In this document: positions 61,672-64,000 of the stretch, in pieces
Numbering within the stretch: the first letter of the stretch is position 1
How the letters are laid out: each line of letters starts with the position of its first letter
NCBI GenBank assembly: GCA_963701025.1
Contig: OY969557.1
Span: forward strand, 298,405-362,404
Direction of reading: 5' to 3'
DNA length: 64,000 nucleotides
DNA from: an uncultured bacterium
GTDB lineage: Bacteria; Patescibacteriota; Minisyncoccia; Phycocordibacterales; PALSA-1337
Notes under the pieces: model-generated
The model's database searches: none
Seen by the model: only the letters and a program-made list of their open reading frames with translations
Told to the model about the DNA's origin: nothing
Position numbers and translations under genes: made by a program

Positions 61672-62612
61672 AGTATTATTTGACCATATTACAAGCTAAT
61701 TCCGTTCTAATATCGTCCCACAGCGCGCACAAACTGTTTGCGATGTGTTATTATCTGTTTATGGATAAGAATACTTTAATAAATAAACTTGGTGAGTATC
61801 TTAAGGCACGAAAGGATATTTCGTTTGCGTATCTTTTTGGTTCTATCGCAAAAGGCACTTCTCATAACGAATCTGATATTGATATTGGTGTATATTTCAC
61901 ACCAAAGAATAAGATGCTTGAGTACGAATCTATAGAGGAATATGATGGTGAAGATACTGTATGGTCTGATATTGAAAATATCACAAAAAAACAGACCGAT
62001 CTGATCGTTTTGAATCGCGCATCCGCGACATTATTTGACGGAGTATTTCGTACTGGTGTGTTGTTATATGATAACGGTAGCGGAATGCGAACCAGATTAC
62101 TTTTAGCGATTACTGATGCCGCGGAAGAATTTAGAGATTTTGTCACTGATTTCTATCGAATCAGAGAGAGGTCACGGTCTCTAACAGCACAAGATAGGGA
62201 AAGACTCATTAGGATGGTCTCATTCTTGGAGCAGGAAATATCTGAATATGCAAAATTTAGAGAAATAGGTCAAAGTGAATATCAGACTAACCGTCCAATA
62301 AAAAGAGAATTTGAACGTTGGTCGGAAAATATTGTGAATGTTAGCATCGATATAGCCAAGGTGTTACTAGCTTCGGAAAAGCGAGCTATTCCAGAGACCT
62401 ACAAGGCGATACTTGAAGGTATGATGGTTCTACCTGATTTTGGTGAAGACATGGCAAAAAAACTTTCACAATTTTCAAAAATGAGAAATCTGCTTGCTCA
62501 TGAGTATCTCGATATTCGTTTTTCTATGTTGAAAAAATTTGTGGATGAGTCAGAGCCAACATATACACATTTGATTCAATTTGCAAAAAATATTCTAAAT
62601 AAAGTCCAGTGA
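61668..62612 (+). CDS. Fused minimal nucleotidyltransferase (MNT) - HEPN domain protein (single-chain toxin-antitoxin-like module)
   Basis: Its N-terminal half has the pol-beta NTase signature GSIAKGTSHNESDIDIGVYF. Its C-terminal half has the HEPN R-x4-H-x-Y motif (RNLLAHEY). An alternative start is the Met at 61761. Confidence 0.7.
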   Translation: MKYYLTILQANSVLISSHSAHKLFAMCYYLFMDKNTLINKLGEYLKARKDISFAYLFGSIAKGTSHNESDIDIGVYFTPKNKMLEYESIEEYDGEDTVWSDIENITKKQTDLIVLNRASATLFDGVFRTGVLLYDNGSGMRTRLLLAITDAAEEFRDFVTDFYRIRERSRSLTAQDRERLIRMVSFLEQEISEYAKFREIGQSEYQTNRPIKREFERWSENIVNVSIDIAKVLLASEKRAIPETYKAILEGMMVLPDFGEDMAKKLSQFSKMRNLLAHEYLDIRFSMLKKFVDESEPTYTHLIQFAKNILNKVQ

Positions 62613-62828
62613 TATGCTAGGCGCGAACAACATCCATGGTGACGGGCGGAGGTCAACGCGCCCTTATCTGCCAAACGTCACGCGCACCACCTACCCTCCA
62701 AAGGCGGTAGAACGGGAGGCGAATAACGATTTATCATGTGCACTTTTATACATTAGGATATCTACCACACTGGTGCTATTATGTGGTCTAGTTTTTAAAA
62801 CTTTATTTTATCAACCCACATAAATTTT

Positions 62829-64000
62829 ATGAAAAATATAATCAGATCGTCACTATTTATATCTTCGTTGCTCGTATTTTCTAGTATTGCATTTGCTCAA
62901 AATACCCCAACGATTCCGGCTCCGCCAGCTCTTAATCCAAGCGATACAAACTATGGGAAATGCCTTAATATAGCCCTTTTGAAAAGAGAGACGAATCTTG
63001 GAAATGCACACCGAGCTTTTGGTGTGGCCGTGCAACCTGCGGCTGATGCAGTCTCAGAAGCCTATAAAGCAGGAACGCATTTTACCGGTTGGCTTAGTTG
63101 GTTGAATTGGTTCAGACCTATGAGTCAAGCAGAAAAAGATCGTATCAATCAAGCGAACGAAGCTTATAAGGAAGCGCAACAAAAAGCTCAACCTGTCTTG
63201 GACGCTGCGAGTGCGGCGACTGTGAGTCAATTTTCAACAGATCAGCAGTATTGTCAGAGTCATCAAAATCAGACATACCAATGGACACCGGCAGATCAAG
63301 CTGCTCTTGATCGTCTCGGCTATGGAAATAGAAACACCGTGACACCGCCAGTTTTGTCTACACCAACATCTAATAACAAGTACTCTGATTCTAATCCACC
63401 GGCCTTGCCGCAACCTGACAGTAATACAATCTCACTTACGATAACTTCCCCTAAGACTGGTGACACATGGGCGCAAGGGTATCAGCAGACGATAAGCTGG
63501 ACATCTTCAAAGCCTATCTCACAAAATAACACGATCATATATTCTTATATTGATGGACCAAGCCAGTATGAAGGTAGTTATGGAACAAATGGCATAGGAT
63601 CTACTTATAGCTACAAAATAGGTGCACCAGTTATGAGCCTAGGAAAAAATTTCCAGCCAGGTTCTTATCGACTCAAGGTCACGGTGCTTGGCTCCGTACA
63701 GGTATCAAGCTCGACGATAAATAGCGTGGCCATGAAGCCTGTCGTGCTTGCGCAGGGAATAAGCGGCCAATTCAATATTGTTCCCGCGTCTCAATCGCCA
63801 ACTCGATATGTTTCAGTTTCGATAAGCGGACATGGATCTGTAAGGAGTTCTGACTCTCAAATCAACTGTCCAGATCCATTCACGAACTCTTCTCCAAGAG
63901 GTTGCACTGTTGCCTATCCATTGAATCAAAACGTTACACTTACGGCTATACCTTCATCCGGCTCTACTTTCTCCGGTTGGAGCGCCGACTGTGCAGGTAC
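62829..64000 (+). CDS. Secreted protein with signal peptide and InlB B-repeat-like (List_Bact_rpt) C-terminal repeats; 3' partial
   Basis: It has the signal peptide MKNIIRSSLFISSLLVFSSIAFA. Its later repeats end in ...CPDPF...GCTVAYPLNQNVTLTAIPSSGSTFSGWSADCAG, the Listeria-Bacteroides repeat signature. The ORF is open to the window end, which is why it is absent from the ORF track. Confidence 0.6.
   Translation, partial: MKNIIRSSLFISSLLVFSSIAFAQNTPTIPAPPALNPSDTNYGKCLNIALLKRETNLGNAHRAFGVAVQPAADAVSEAYKAGTHFTGWLSWLNWFRPMSQAEKDRINQANEAYKEAQQKAQPVLDAASAATVSQFSTDQQYCQSHQNQTYQWTPADQAALDRLGYGNRNTVTPPVLSTPTSNNKYSDSNPPALPQPDSNTISLTITSPKTGDTWAQGYQQTISWTSSKPISQNNTIIYSYIDGPSQYEGSYGTNGIGSTYSYKIGAPVMSLGKNFQPGSYRLKVTVLGSVQVSSSTINSVAMKPVVLAQGISGQFNIVPASQSPTRYVSVSISGHGSVRSSDSQINCPDPFTNSSPRGCTVAYPLNQNVTLTAIPSSGSTFSGWSADCAG

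Larger units (their letters stand above)
59131..64000. mobile_element. AT-rich integrated element / genomic island at tRNA-Leu 3' end (left boundary only; continues past window)
   Basis: There is an abrupt GC drop after 59150. The island carries a tRNA-abutting serine recombinase, a Rep-like ORF, an NTase-HEPN fusion and a secreted repeat protein. No attR repeat was found within the window. Confidence 0.6.

Overview
This 64-kb window is bacterial chromosomal DNA of about 55-60% GC, with several AT-rich islands. Nearly all coding is on the minus strand in long operon-like runs. Many genes sit in a conserved order. These are mreB-mreC-(mreD), proS, rseP, frr, holB, an EmrA/EmrB-type efflux pair, a second mreB paralog next to murA, priA-def-fmt, hpf, tRNA-Asn, rnr, uppP, hisS, dnaG-rpoD, rpoB-(inserted gene)-rpoC, rpsP-khpA-trmD, a NifS-like desulfurase, infB-rbfA, tRNA-Cys and tRNA-Leu. 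The overall content suggests a small-genome, possibly Patescibacteria/CPR-like organism. It has a short IF2, no rimM, rplS or nusA in the expected places, an ATPase-dead PriA, a type IV pilus locus, DUF4446, LVIVD and InlB-B-repeat surface proteins, and promoters that abut start codons. This lineage call is inference only.

The accessory content is as follows:
(1) A mannose / Man-1-P cluster. It contains a PAP2/sphingomyelin-synthase-like membrane protein, a PMI-type cupin, two GH130-like beta-mannoside-phosphorylase-family paralogs (one of them a tandem double domain), an orphan 370-aa protein and a eukaryotic-type phosphomannomutase.
(2) A type IV pilus operon. It comprises pilB, pilC, an LVIVD beta-propeller pseudopilin, minor pilins and pilA. 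A 24-nt motif is shared upstream of pilB and pilA.
(3) An AT-rich integrated element inserted at the 3' end of tRNA-Leu. It carries a large serine recombinase, a degenerate rolling-circle Rep-like ORF, a fused nucleotidyltransferase-HEPN protein and a secreted InlB-B-repeat protein. It runs off the window.
(4) A decayed sister element at tRNA-Asn, where only a C-terminal recombinase fragment remains.
(5) A NYN-domain gene in an AT-rich island, followed by about 450 nt of non-coding, terminator-capped sequence that may be an ncRNA.

Essential genes carry single-nucleotide frame disruptions. rpoB has three, rpoD has two, and the cupin has one. Several of these sit in short homopolymers, which points to consensus indel errors rather than real pseudogenes. 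No CRISPR array or rRNA was found.
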